From an uncultured Gammaproteobacteria bacterium (GTDB lineage Bacteria; Patescibacteriota; Microgenomatia; Levybacterales; GWA1-39-11): a DNA stretch of 39,925 nt. A program made the position numbers and the translations under genes. Positions 19,471 to 27,983 of the stretch are shown here, piece after piece. Positions within the stretch are counted from its first letter, which is position 1. Every line of letters starts with the position of its first letter. The stretch spans positions 197,269-237,193 of the forward strand of contig CAYYLC010000001.1 in NCBI GenBank assembly GCA_964472415.1, given 5' to 3'. The notes under the pieces were generated by a model. It did no database searches. It was not told where the DNA came from and saw only the letters and a program-made list of their open reading frames with translations.

Positions 19471-20580
19471 ATGAGAATAGGAATAGACGCTCGTTTGTAT
19501 TATGAGAGCGGTGTTGGGAGATATATAAAAAATACACTCGAGCAGTTAGATGAACGCTGCCGTACTGAGAAAATAGATCACAAATTTTTTATCTTCTTGT
19601 CTTCTAAAGGGTTTCAGCAGATACATTTTAATAGTAATAACCTTATAAAGGTGGAAGCCGATATTTCATGGCATTCCCTCCAGGAGCAATTTTTATTTGC
19701 AAAGCTTTTGAATTCATATAATCTTGATCTTATGCATTTCACCTATTTCTCACTCCCTATTTTTTATAGAAAGAAATTTGTGGTAACAATTCATGATTTA
19801 ATTATCAATCATGTGAATACGGGAAAAGCAACTACACTTCCGAAACCATTATATTATCTCAAGCGTTTTGTATATCATAAGGTGATCCGTTATGCAGTTA
19901 AAAATTCAATTTATATTATTTCTCCTTCTGATGCGACAAGAGATGAGGTAGTTTCCTATTATAAAATAAAAAAGGAAAAAATAATCGTAATTCCAGAAGG
20001 GGTAGACCCTGAGGTCAAAAAAATAAAAAAACCACAGATAAAAATTCCTATGCCGTATATTTTATATGTTGGGAATGCGTATCCTCATAAAAATTTAAAT
20101 CGTCTCGTTGAATCTTATGTCAGTATTGAAAATACTATTAAGCAAGAGTTATTACTTGTGGGAAGAAGTGATTATTTTTATAAAAGACTACATAATAAGA
20201 TTCGCAACCATAAAAAGATCCATATTTTGCATGGGATTTCTGATAATGAATTGGCCTATCTTTATAAAAAAGCAGATTTTCTTATAGCACCATCTCTCAT
20301 GGAGGGTTTTGGATTAACACCGCTTGAGGCCATGGGAAATGGTTGCTTACCTGTAGTATCTCGCATTGACGCTTTTTATCAAGTATGTAGGAATGCTGCA
20401 TTGTATTTTAATCCTAAAGATATTCAAGATATCTCTCTTGTTCTTTCAAATGCGGCAAATCTTTCTACTCAAGAGAAGTCTAAGTATAAAAAGCGTTTTC
20501 GCGATCGGCTAGAGTTATTTTCCTGGAAAAAATCAATAGAGAGGACTTTGTCAGTTTATGAACGTTGCAATAGTATATGA
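19471..20580 (+). CDS. Glycosyltransferase family 4
   Basis: IGIDAR..SGVGRY, YVGNAYPHKNL and PSLMEGFGLTPLEAM motifs. Confidence 0.93.
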   Translation: MRIGIDARLYYESGVGRYIKNTLEQLDERCRTEKIDHKFFIFLSSKGFQQIHFNSNNLIKVEADISWHSLQEQFLFAKLLNSYNLDLMHFTYFSLPIFYRKKFVVTIHDLIINHVNTGKATTLPKPLYYLKRFVYHKVIRYAVKNSIYIISPSDATRDEVVSYYKIKKEKIIVIPEGVDPEVKKIKKPQIKIPMPYILYVGNAYPHKNLNRLVESYVSIENTIKQELLLVGRSDYFYKRLHNKIRNHKKIHILHGISDNELAYLYKKADFLIAPSLMEGFGLTPLEAMGNGCLPVVSRIDAFYQVCRNAALYFNPKDIQDISLVLSNAANLSTQEKSKYKKRFRDRLELFSWKKSIERTLSVYERCNSI

Positions 20581-21634
20581 TCGAGTAAATAAATGGGGGG
20601 GAGCTGAGCGAGTTCTTCTGGCGCTTCATGAAATGTTTCCAGGCGCGCCACTTTACACGTCTCTTTATTCTCCACAAAAAGCGAAATGGGCACGTAAATT
20701 TGAAGTAAGAACATCATTTCTCCAACGCCTCAAATTTCTTCGTGATAAACATGAATTACTGGGGCTTTTTATGCCAATTGCGTTTGAATCATTTGATTTT
20801 TCTGAGTTTGACTTGGTGATTTCCGTAACGAGCGAATCGGCAAAAGGGATTATTACTCCTCCCCAGGTAAAACATATTTGTATTTGTCTTACGCCCACTC
20901 GATATTTATGGAGTGAGTATGGGCAGTATTTTAAGAATCCGATATTTCGATTTATTACATCGCCACTAGTTTGGTATTTAAAAAAATGGGAACTTGTTGC
21001 GATACAAAGACCTGATTATATAATAGCAATTTCCCAAAATATTCAAAGAAAAATAGGTAAATTTTATGGTAAGAAGAGTGATGTAATATATCCTCCAGCA
21101 AGTTCAATTCTTCAAGAAGAAAACATCATAGAGCCACAGAATAAGGATTATTTATTAGTGGTCTCTCGACTTGTCCCCTATAAAAAAATTGACATAGTGG
21201 TGAAGGCTGCAAATGAATTGAACTTGCCATTGGTTGTAGTAGGGAAGGGAATTGAAGAACAGTATTTGAGAGAAATAGCCGGCAAAACAGTGCAATTTAA
21301 AAGATCAGTTCGAGATGATGTGTTGCGGGGATATTTAAAGAATGCGAAAGTGCTTATTTATCCATCCGAGGAGGATTTTGGGATTGGGATGGTGGAGGCG
21401 CAGCTCCATGGAACTCCTGTTATCGCATTTCGGAAAGGAGCTGCTAGTGAGATAGTAGTTCCTGGTGAGACCGGTGAGTTATTTGAGCAGCAGACAGCGG
21501 GTTCACTTATCGCTGTGTTGAAAAAATTCAACGCAACTTCGTATAATAGAGATAGATGTAGAAAAAACGGTATGCGTTTTTCAAATCAGGTTTTTAAGAG
21601 TGCACTTACTCGTTACATACGGAAAGTGATATAA
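20558..21634 (+). CDS. Glycosyltransferase family 4 (probable mannosyltransferase type)
   Basis: GGAERVL, VVSRLVPYKKID and EEDFGIGMVEAQ (EX7E); directly upstream of manC. The sugar specificity is inferred from context. Confidence 0.9.
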   Translation: MNVAIVYDRVNKWGGAERVLLALHEMFPGAPLYTSLYSPQKAKWARKFEVRTSFLQRLKFLRDKHELLGLFMPIAFESFDFSEFDLVISVTSESAKGIITPPQVKHICICLTPTRYLWSEYGQYFKNPIFRFITSPLVWYLKKWELVAIQRPDYIIAISQNIQRKIGKFYGKKSDVIYPPASSILQEENIIEPQNKDYLLVVSRLVPYKKIDIVVKAANELNLPLVVVGKGIEEQYLREIAGKTVQFKRSVRDDVLRGYLKNAKVLIYPSEEDFGIGMVEAQLHGTPVIAFRKGAASEIVVPGETGELFEQQTAGSLIAVLKKFNATSYNRDRCRKNGMRFSNQVFKSALTRYIRKVI

Positions 21635-21643
21635 TCAAAAAAT

Positions 21644-22726
21644 ATGAAAGTAGTCTTTTTTGCAGGAGGAGTCGGAACGCGATTGTGGCCCGTTTCTCGC
21701 AAAAGCACCCCGAAACAATTCGAAAAAATTGTAGGTGATAAGTCTACTTTGCAGCTTGGGATTGATCGAGTTAGAGATATTGTAGATTCGCAGGATATTT
21801 ATATTTCTACAGGAAAAAGTTACAGTAAGGTTATTTACAATCAGCTCCCTGAGGTACCAAAGCAAAATATTATTCTAGAACCGTGTGCTCGTGATGTAGG
21901 GGCAGCTGTTGGAATGGTTGCGGCAATTTTGTCTCGTGTTTCTCCGGACGAACCATTCGTTATATTATGGAGTGATCACTTAGTGAAAGAGACTGAAAAA
22001 TTCCAAAAAATCTTACTTGCTGCAAAAGAAATATTGGAAAAAGACTCTGAAAAGATCGTTTTTATCGGTCAAAATTCTCGGTTCCCGAGTGAAAACCTTG
22101 GATGGATTGAAAGTGGTGATAAGGTACAAGACATAGATGGGCTCGAGGTTTTCCGTTTTAAAAGTCTCCATTATAGACCAGATAAAGAGACTGCAGAACG
22201 CTTCCATGATAGTAAGAATCATTCATGGAATCCTGGGTATTTTGTAACGACTGGAAGACACTTATTTAGTCTTTATGAGAAGCATGCTCCTGAGATGGCA
22301 AAAAAGTTAAAGTTGATTGCGAGTCATTGGGGTAAAGATAGTTTTCAGGAGGTTATTGATAGAGAGTACCCATTGTTCGAGAAAATATCCTTTGATAATT
22401 TAATCCTTGAAAAACTTGAAGAAAGTGATGGATACGTGATAGGGGCAGAGCTTGGATGGAGTGATATTGGAGCATGGGAAGCATTAAAAGAAGCACTTTC
22501 AGATAGTGAAGACGAGAGTATTACGAAAGGAAAGGTGCTTTTGCATGATGTGCGGGATAGTATTGCGTATAACTATACCGATAAAATGATTGTGGGGATT
22601 GATCTTGATGGAATGATAATCGTTAACACGAATGATGTTATTATGATCTGTCCAAAAAATTCTGTTCCAAAGATAAAAAAGCTCGTAGAGTCATTGGAGG
22701 GGACAGAATACGAACATCTCACATAG
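21644..22726 (+). CDS. manC: Mannose-1-phosphate guanylyltransferase (monofunctional, no cupin/PMI domain)
   Basis: AGGVGTRLWPVSRKSTPKQF, ILEP..RD, WSDH, SWNPGYF, ISFD and WSDIGAW motifs. Confidence 0.9.
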   Translation: MKVVFFAGGVGTRLWPVSRKSTPKQFEKIVGDKSTLQLGIDRVRDIVDSQDIYISTGKSYSKVIYNQLPEVPKQNIILEPCARDVGAAVGMVAAILSRVSPDEPFVILWSDHLVKETEKFQKILLAAKEILEKDSEKIVFIGQNSRFPSENLGWIESGDKVQDIDGLEVFRFKSLHYRPDKETAERFHDSKNHSWNPGYFVTTGRHLFSLYEKHAPEMAKKLKLIASHWGKDSFQEVIDREYPLFEKISFDNLILEKLEESDGYVIGAELGWSDIGAWEALKEALSDSEDESITKGKVLLHDVRDSIAYNYTDKMIVGIDLDGMIIVNTNDVIMICPKNSVPKIKKLVESLEGTEYEHLT

Positions 22727-22781
22727 GGTTATGATTTCAGCCTATTTATATTTTCAAGCACAGTATTTTATTTACTAGATT

Positions 22782-23420
22782 ATGTTTTACGATATCTCAA
22801 AACGAATTTTCGATATTTTTTTTGCCATAACTCTTCTTATATTATTTTCTCCTATATTATTGGTTACCGTTATTGCAATAAAACTAAACTCTCCGGGGCC
22901 AGTATTTGCAGATACGCCACCACGAGTAGGGAAAAATGGAAAGACATTTCGGATGTATAAGTTTCGTTCTATGGTCCAGAATGCACATGATATTTTGACT
23001 ACTGATCCTACATACAAAAAGCTTTTTGAAGAATATAAGAAGAGTGGATACAAACTTCGAAATGATCCTCGGATAACAAGTGTAGGGAGATTTATTCGAA
23101 AGTATTCAATTGACGAGATGCCACAGTTTCTGAATGTTATCAGTGGTGATATGAGTATAGTGGGACCTCGTGCATATTACGGCGATGAATTACGAGATCA
23201 GCAAAAAAAATTCCCTCATACAAAAAATGCGGTTAAGATTGTGCTTTCAGTAAAGCCTGGGATTACTGGCGTGTGGCAAGTTACCGGGCGTAGTGATATT
23301 AATTTTGATAAACGGATTCAGCTTGATGCGAACTATGCAAAACGACGATCTATATGGTATGATTTCTATCTGATACTACGTACTCCATTTGCTATGCTTT
23401 CCGGTAAGGGCGCATTGTAG
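22782..23420 (+). CDS. Initiating sugar-phosphate (polyprenyl-P glycosyl-1-P) transferase, small PGT of the WbaP/WcaJ C-terminal type
   Basis: KRIFDI, YKFRSM, DPRITSVGRFIRKYSIDEMPQFLNV, MSIVGPR and KPGITGVWQVTGR motifs. Confidence 0.93.
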   Translation: MFYDISKRIFDIFFAITLLILFSPILLVTVIAIKLNSPGPVFADTPPRVGKNGKTFRMYKFRSMVQNAHDILTTDPTYKKLFEEYKKSGYKLRNDPRITSVGRFIRKYSIDEMPQFLNVISGDMSIVGPRAYYGDELRDQQKKFPHTKNAVKIVLSVKPGITGVWQVTGRSDINFDKRIQLDANYAKRRSIWYDFYLILRTPFAMLSGKGAL

Positions 23421-23421
23421 C

Positions 23422-23450
23422 TTGCTTGCATGTAAAAAAGTTTTTATGAT
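23422..23450 (+). promoter_or_regulatory. Candidate sigma70 promoter TTGCTT-17 bp-TATGAT
   Basis: Canonical 17-bp spacing in a 33-bp intergenic gap. If real, transcription starts after ATG 23454, so Met5 (ATG 23466) would be the true start. Confidence 0.5.
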
Positions 23451-23453
23451 TAA

Positions 23454-25418
23454 ATGAATACTTATATGGATAATAACGGGTTTAAAAAGATAGAATTAAA
23501 TAATGCGAAATCCCAAAAGGATATAATAGAAGAAAGGGAGCAGGAGATGGGAAAACGAAAAAGAAAATTTTCATTAAAATCTCGGAAAGCAAAAATTATT
23601 TCAGCAATTCTTGTATTTGTTATATTGCTGGGTATCTATACTACGATAAGCGCGATAGGGATTTATAAACAAGGGCAGATTGTTGAGGAGAAAGCTCGTC
23701 TTGCGATGGATGCTATTAAGCAGCAAAATATCCAAGAAGCCCGAAATCAGCTTGGAGAAACACACAAAGAGGTCAAATCACTCTCTTCAAAAGTAAATGG
23801 GGTATTTTATCTTGGGTTTATCCCATTTTTAGGAGGTTATTATAATGATCTCAATCATATGGTAAAAGCTGCAGATCACGGTGTTCAGGCGGGAATTATC
23901 ACTACAGAAACGCTAATCCCTTATGCAGATGTGTTAGGACTTCAGGGTGATGGAAAATTCTCTGGCGGAACTGCACAGGATAGAATTCGTCTTGCAGTAC
24001 AAACTATGGGGAAGGTTGTACCAGAAATTGACAAAATTGAAGAACAGATAGTCTTTGCAAAAAAAGAAATGGATGAGGTGAATCCGAAACACTATCCTGA
24101 GATCGGGAAGATGAAAGAACTGCGTGTAATGCTCATAGATCTCAAAAGTGGAGTTGATAGTGCAGTTTTTGCAGTAAACGAAGGCAAGCCGCTTATTAAA
24201 GCACTCCCCGGATTATTAGGAGAATCTGAACCGCAAAGATATCTAGTATTATTTCAGAATGACGCAGAGTTGCGTGCTACCGGGGGATTTCTCACGTTCT
24301 ATTCTATATTTAAAGTCGATGAAGGTGTAATAGAGGTAGAGGATTCCTCAGATATTTACGAGCTTGATGAGAGCATCTCTTCACATCCTGCACCCCCTCC
24401 GATTGTTCGAAAATACCTTGAGGTTAATAGGTTGTATATTCGGGATAGTAACTTATCACCAGATTTTAAAGAGTCTATGGATAGTTTTCTCTCACAGTAT
24501 GAGAATTCTGGAAAGGAGCAGGATATTAATGGAATTATTGCAATTGATACAGAGGTGCTTGTCAATATGATTAGAATTTTGGGTGAAGTAAGTGCTTCAG
24601 GGCTTACGTTCAATGCGGAAACAGATCCTCGATGTGACTGCCCGCAGGTTGTGTATGAGCTTGAGGATCAAATTTCTCGTCCGGTAAATTATATCCGTAC
24701 GAATAGAAAAGGTTTAATTTCAGAACTCATGCTTGCGATTATGAATAAGGCACTATCTTCATCACCAGGTCAGTATTGGGGGCCACTATTCCAACAATTC
24801 GTGATTGATGCACAGGAAAAACATATTCTGTTCTACGTATTTAATGAAGATGCTCAAAAAGGACTTGAGGCGCTGAATTGGGCGGGAAGAATCCGGATGT
24901 TTGATGGGGACTATTTGCATATTAATGATGTAAACCTAGGTGGAGCAAAGTCGAATCTGTTTATTTCTCAGAGCGTAGAAATGGATTACACTATTGAGGA
25001 TGATGGGCAAATCAAGAAAAAAATTACTATCGAATATCGAAATCCACGACCACATTCTGATTGTGATCTGGAGAGTGGTGCGCTATGTTTGAATGCAACA
25101 TTAGGTAATTTCCAGCGAGTATATGTGCCTAAAGGTGCAAAGCTTGCCAATGTAAAAGGTTCTCAAGTAGATGTTGAGACGAAAGAAGAGTTAGGAAAGA
25201 CGTATTTTGAATCATTCTTAACTGTCCCACCGCTTGGAAAAGCCGAGATTTCTTATGAATATATTCTTCCATTTAAATTACATGAAGATTCAGTTCTTCC
25301 TGTTATGTTGCAAAAACAGCCGGGGGTTGAGCTGATAAAATACGAGATTAGCGTAAATGGAGAAAAAGTTGAAGAATTTGATTTGCGGGGAGACAAGATT
25401 TTAGAACTTGAGGTGTGA
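23454..25418 (+). CDS. DUF4012 domain-containing membrane-anchored protein
   Basis: Basic N-terminus, one TM and a helical stalk, then LVLFQNDAELRATGGF, RDSNLSPDF and GIIAID motifs and a beta-rich C-terminal domain. The start may be 23466. Confidence 0.82.
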   Translation: MNTYMDNNGFKKIELNNAKSQKDIIEEREQEMGKRKRKFSLKSRKAKIISAILVFVILLGIYTTISAIGIYKQGQIVEEKARLAMDAIKQQNIQEARNQLGETHKEVKSLSSKVNGVFYLGFIPFLGGYYNDLNHMVKAADHGVQAGIITTETLIPYADVLGLQGDGKFSGGTAQDRIRLAVQTMGKVVPEIDKIEEQIVFAKKEMDEVNPKHYPEIGKMKELRVMLIDLKSGVDSAVFAVNEGKPLIKALPGLLGESEPQRYLVLFQNDAELRATGGFLTFYSIFKVDEGVIEVEDSSDIYELDESISSHPAPPPIVRKYLEVNRLYIRDSNLSPDFKESMDSFLSQYENSGKEQDINGIIAIDTEVLVNMIRILGEVSASGLTFNAETDPRCDCPQVVYELEDQISRPVNYIRTNRKGLISELMLAIMNKALSSSPGQYWGPLFQQFVIDAQEKHILFYVFNEDAQKGLEALNWAGRIRMFDGDYLHINDVNLGGAKSNLFISQSVEMDYTIEDDGQIKKKITIEYRNPRPHSDCDLESGALCLNATLGNFQRVYVPKGAKLANVKGSQVDVETKEELGKTYFESFLTVPPLGKAEISYEYILPFKLHEDSVLPVMLQKQPGVELIKYEISVNGEKVEEFDLRGDKILELEV

Positions 25419-25419
25419 T

Positions 25420-25944
25420 ATGCAATTCATTCGTGATGATGGTTTTATAATAAAGCGGAGAAATTTTGGAGAAGCAGATAGGATTCTTACGATTTTTTCT
25501 AAGCAAAATGGAAAAATAACCGTCCTTGCAAAAGGAGTCCGAAAAATTACGAGCCGCCGTGGAGCACTTCTGGAGCCTTTTAATCATGTAAAATTCCACA
25601 CCGTTCAATCCTATACTCGAAGAGTGCTTACTGAGGTGGAGTTAATTCGTTCATTTGATGAATATAAAAATAATCTTGAGCCTTATCAGAAGATTCTAAT
25701 TGCCTGCGAATTGCTCGATGCGCTCTGTGGGGAAGATCAGCTACTCTCAAGTCTATATGAAAAAGTGCTATTATTTGCTTATAGGGACAAAAGTGAAAAG
25801 TCACTACATGATTTTAAGATGGATTTATTAGTAAATCTTGGATATTGGAATAATGATAAAAAATTTATTGATGATAACCACTCATATAGCTATATTGAGA
25901 GTATAATTGAGCGAAAATTAAAGTCGCGATCATTTTCGTTTTAG
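25420..25944 (+). CDS. recO: DNA repair protein RecO (short form)
   Basis: GFIIKRRNFGEADRILTIFSKQNGKITVLAKGVRK..SRRG..LEPF; sits next to glycyl-tRNA synthetase, a known conserved neighbourhood. Confidence 0.92.
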   Translation: MQFIRDDGFIIKRRNFGEADRILTIFSKQNGKITVLAKGVRKITSRRGALLEPFNHVKFHTVQSYTRRVLTEVELIRSFDEYKNNLEPYQKILIACELLDALCGEDQLLSSLYEKVLLFAYRDKSEKSLHDFKMDLLVNLGYWNNDKKFIDDNHSYSYIESIIERKLKSRSFSF

Positions 25945-25971
25945 GAGAAAAGGTACGGTTTTTTTAAATTC

Positions 25972-25980
25972 TGATATACT
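25972..25980 (+). promoter_or_regulatory. Candidate extended -10 promoter TG-n-TATACT for glyQS
   Basis: TGATATACT in the recO-glyQS gap, 9 nt before ATG 25990. Confidence 0.55.
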
Positions 25981-25989
25981 ACGGATTAA

Positions 25990-27360
25990 ATGGGGAACAA
26001 TTCAATGCAAAAAATTACTGCTCTTGCAAAGCGTCGTGGGTTTATTTATCCAGGTTCTGAAATCTATGGAGGGCTTGCAAATACCTATGATTATGGACCA
26101 GTAGGTATAGAGTTATTGCGTAATATAAAAAATCTATGGTGGGAATTTTTCGTTCATAGAAGAGATGATATTGTGGGAATTGAGTCAAGTCTAATTTCTC
26201 ATCAGGAAATCTGGAAAGCTTCAGGACACACTGCAGGATTTGCGGATGCGCTTATTGATTGTAGGAATTGTAAACTGCGAATGCGTGCTGATCATTTAAT
26301 TGAAGATAGTTTGGAAGGAAAAAATGTAGAAGGGTTATCTACGGAGGAATTTGATCAAATTATTCAGGAAAATTCTATTACATGTCCGAATTGCGGTAAG
26401 GTGGAATGGACAAAAGTTCGAAAGTTCAATCTGTTATTTCCAGTAAATTTAGGAATTGTTGAAGGGGATCAGTCACTTGCGTATCTCCGGGGAGAGACTG
26501 CTCAGGGGATGTTTGTAAATTTTAAAAATGTTCTCGATTCTACTCGGGTAAAATTGCCATTTGGTATTGCACAGCTTGGAAAAAGTTTTCGGAATGAAAT
26601 AACACCAGGAAATTCTGTGTTTCGAACGCTTGAATTTGAACAAGGAGAAATAGAATTTTTCTTTGATCCAGAAGTATCTGATTGGGAAAGATTGTTTGAG
26701 GATTGGAAAAAGGAGATGTGGAAATTTGCGACCATAGAACTGGGAATTGATGAGAAAAATCTTCGTTGGCGCGTACATAGTGATGAAGAGCGATCTTTTT
26801 ATAGCAAGCGAACTGAGGATTTAGAGTACAATTTTCCATTTGGATTTAAGGAGCTTTGGGGGCTTGCGTACAGGACTGATTATGATCTGTCCCAGCATGA
26901 GAAAGGTTCTGGGAAAGAGTTGAGAAGTGTCGATTCCAGTAATGGTAAAAAAATCCTTCCACATGTTATTGAGCCTGCTGTAGGGATCAATCGATTATTT
27001 CTTATGGTGCTTGCTGATTCTTATAGAGAAGAGGACGGAAGAGTTTATTTATCTATAGATCCGAAGCTTGCTCCATATAAAGCGGCGGTGTTCCCACTTT
27101 TGGGGAATAAGCCTGAACTTATCGGTAAGGCACGGGAGATTTATGAAATATTACGGAAAGAATTTTTAGCGGTGTTTGATGATCGAGGAAATATCGGAAA
27201 GCGGTATCTTTATCAGGATGAAATCGGTACACCGTTTTGTGTGACAGTAGATTTTGAGAGTTTGGAGGATGAGAAGGTTACCGTAAGGCATAGGGACACT
27301 ATGGAGCAAGAGCGTGTGTCGATATCAGAACTATTATCTTATATTCGAAATAAGGTGTAA
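25990..27360 (+). CDS. glyQS: Glycine--tRNA ligase, alpha2 (homodimeric) type
   Basis: AKRRGFIYPGSEIYGG, LRGETAQGMF, GKSFRNEITP, FRTLEFEQGEIE, VIEPAVG and an anticodon domain (GNIGKRY..QDEIGTPFCVTVD). An alternative start at ATG 26005 has an SD-like GGGGA upstream. Confidence 0.96.
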   Translation: MGNNSMQKITALAKRRGFIYPGSEIYGGLANTYDYGPVGIELLRNIKNLWWEFFVHRRDDIVGIESSLISHQEIWKASGHTAGFADALIDCRNCKLRMRADHLIEDSLEGKNVEGLSTEEFDQIIQENSITCPNCGKVEWTKVRKFNLLFPVNLGIVEGDQSLAYLRGETAQGMFVNFKNVLDSTRVKLPFGIAQLGKSFRNEITPGNSVFRTLEFEQGEIEFFFDPEVSDWERLFEDWKKEMWKFATIELGIDEKNLRWRVHSDEERSFYSKRTEDLEYNFPFGFKELWGLAYRTDYDLSQHEKGSGKELRSVDSSNGKKILPHVIEPAVGINRLFLMVLADSYREEDGRVYLSIDPKLAPYKAAVFPLLGNKPELIGKAREIYEILRKEFLAVFDDRGNIGKRYLYQDEIGTPFCVTVDFESLEDEKVTVRHRDTMEQERVSISELLSYIRNKV

Positions 27361-27363
27361 TTG

Positions 27364-27393
27364 TTGACAAGGTTTTTCAAATCTGCATAGAAT
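27364..27393 (+). promoter_or_regulatory. Near-consensus sigma70 promoter TTGACA-18 bp-TAGAAT
   Basis: Perfect -35 and 5/6 -10 in a 42-bp gap, 9 nt before ATG 27403. Confidence 0.7.
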
Positions 27394-27402
27394 AAGATAT
27401 CG

Positions 27403-27879
27403 ATGAAAAATAAAAAGCTTTTTATCATTGGTGGAATGCTCCTCCTTCTCATGTTATTTGTTAGTGGTGTTTTATTATTTTTGAATAATTCTTTTCCTGA
27501 AGAGGATAAAGATAGGAATTCCTTTGACGAGAATCTGATTGAAATGTCTCCAGAGGATGTAGGCCTCACATTGTCTAGTCAGCAGAATAATCAACAGCTC
27601 GTTATAGAAATGACAAATCTTGATGAAATAGAATCGTTTGAGTATGAACTTGAGTATGATGCGATAGAAAATGGAGAAGTAGTTACTCAGGGGACATTTG
27701 GATCTGGCCCGAATCCCGATGAGGAAGGTAAATCTGAGATACGACGGACTATTGATCTCGGAACGTGTTCTGCAGTGTGCCGATATCACGAAGGTGTAGA
27801 AGAGATCCTTTTTACACTTCGAGTCGATTTAAGAAATGGTGAAGCTGGAATTATAGAAACTACTCATACGCTCGAATAA
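27403..27879 (+). CDS. Hypothetical single-pass membrane protein with acidic extracellular beta-domain
   Basis: MKNKK, a 22-aa TM, an acidic linker and a beta-strand pattern; close Cys pair in LGTCSAVCRYHEGV. Confidence 0.8.
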   Translation: MKNKKLFIIGGMLLLLMLFVSGVLLFLNNSFPEEDKDRNSFDENLIEMSPEDVGLTLSSQQNNQQLVIEMTNLDEIESFEYELEYDAIENGEVVTQGTFGSGPNPDEEGKSEIRRTIDLGTCSAVCRYHEGVEEILFTLRVDLRNGEAGIIETTHTLE

Positions 27880-27880
27880 A

Positions 27881-27928
27881 TCCTCATATTTAGTGCTTTA
27901 CTTTAGTTATTTATCCTACATATAGTGG
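27881..27928. promoter_or_regulatory. Tandem NrdR-box-like operators (TCCTCATATTTAGTGC at 27881-27896; ATCCTACATATAGTGG at 27913-27928)
   Basis: The second site matches the core C-w-A-y-A-T-A-T-w-G-t-g of the NrdR consensus. The first matches its right half. The offset is 32 bp, and the second site abuts the -35. Confidence 0.45.
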
Positions 27929-27929
27929 G

Positions 27930-27958
27930 TTGACTTTTCACGGAAACTGATTCAAAAT
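27930..27958 (+). promoter_or_regulatory. Candidate dcw (mraZ) promoter TTGACT-17 bp-CAAAAT
   Basis: 5/6 -35 and 4/6 -10 with 17-bp spacing, immediately upstream of the MraZ-box repeats. Confidence 0.55.
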
Positions 27959-27983
27959 GGTGAAAGGTGGTGAAAATTGGTGA
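27958..27983 (+). repeat. Three TGGTGA direct repeats at 10-bp period: MraZ autoregulatory boxes
   Basis: TGGTGA at 27958, 27968 and 27978. MraZ is known to bind 10-bp-periodic TGGGN/GTGG repeats in front of its own gene. Confidence 0.72.

Noticed and set aside
21644-22726. ManC lacking the phosphomannose isomerase domain as a novelty
   Set aside because: Monofunctional mannose-1-P guanylyltransferases are common.
25420-25944. Short RecO without a zinc-binding Cys cluster as a pseudogene
   Set aside because: The N-terminal OB-fold motifs are intact, the frame ends cleanly, and RecO proteins without the zinc site are known.
25945-25989. T-box riboswitch upstream of glyQS
   Set aside because: The gap is only 45 bp, far too short, and has no T-box sequence.
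27915-27940. CCTAC-ATATA-GTGGG hairpin as an intrinsic terminator
   Set aside because: It has a 5-bp stem with a G-U pair and an interrupted U-tract. It is better explained as a palindromic operator next to a -35.
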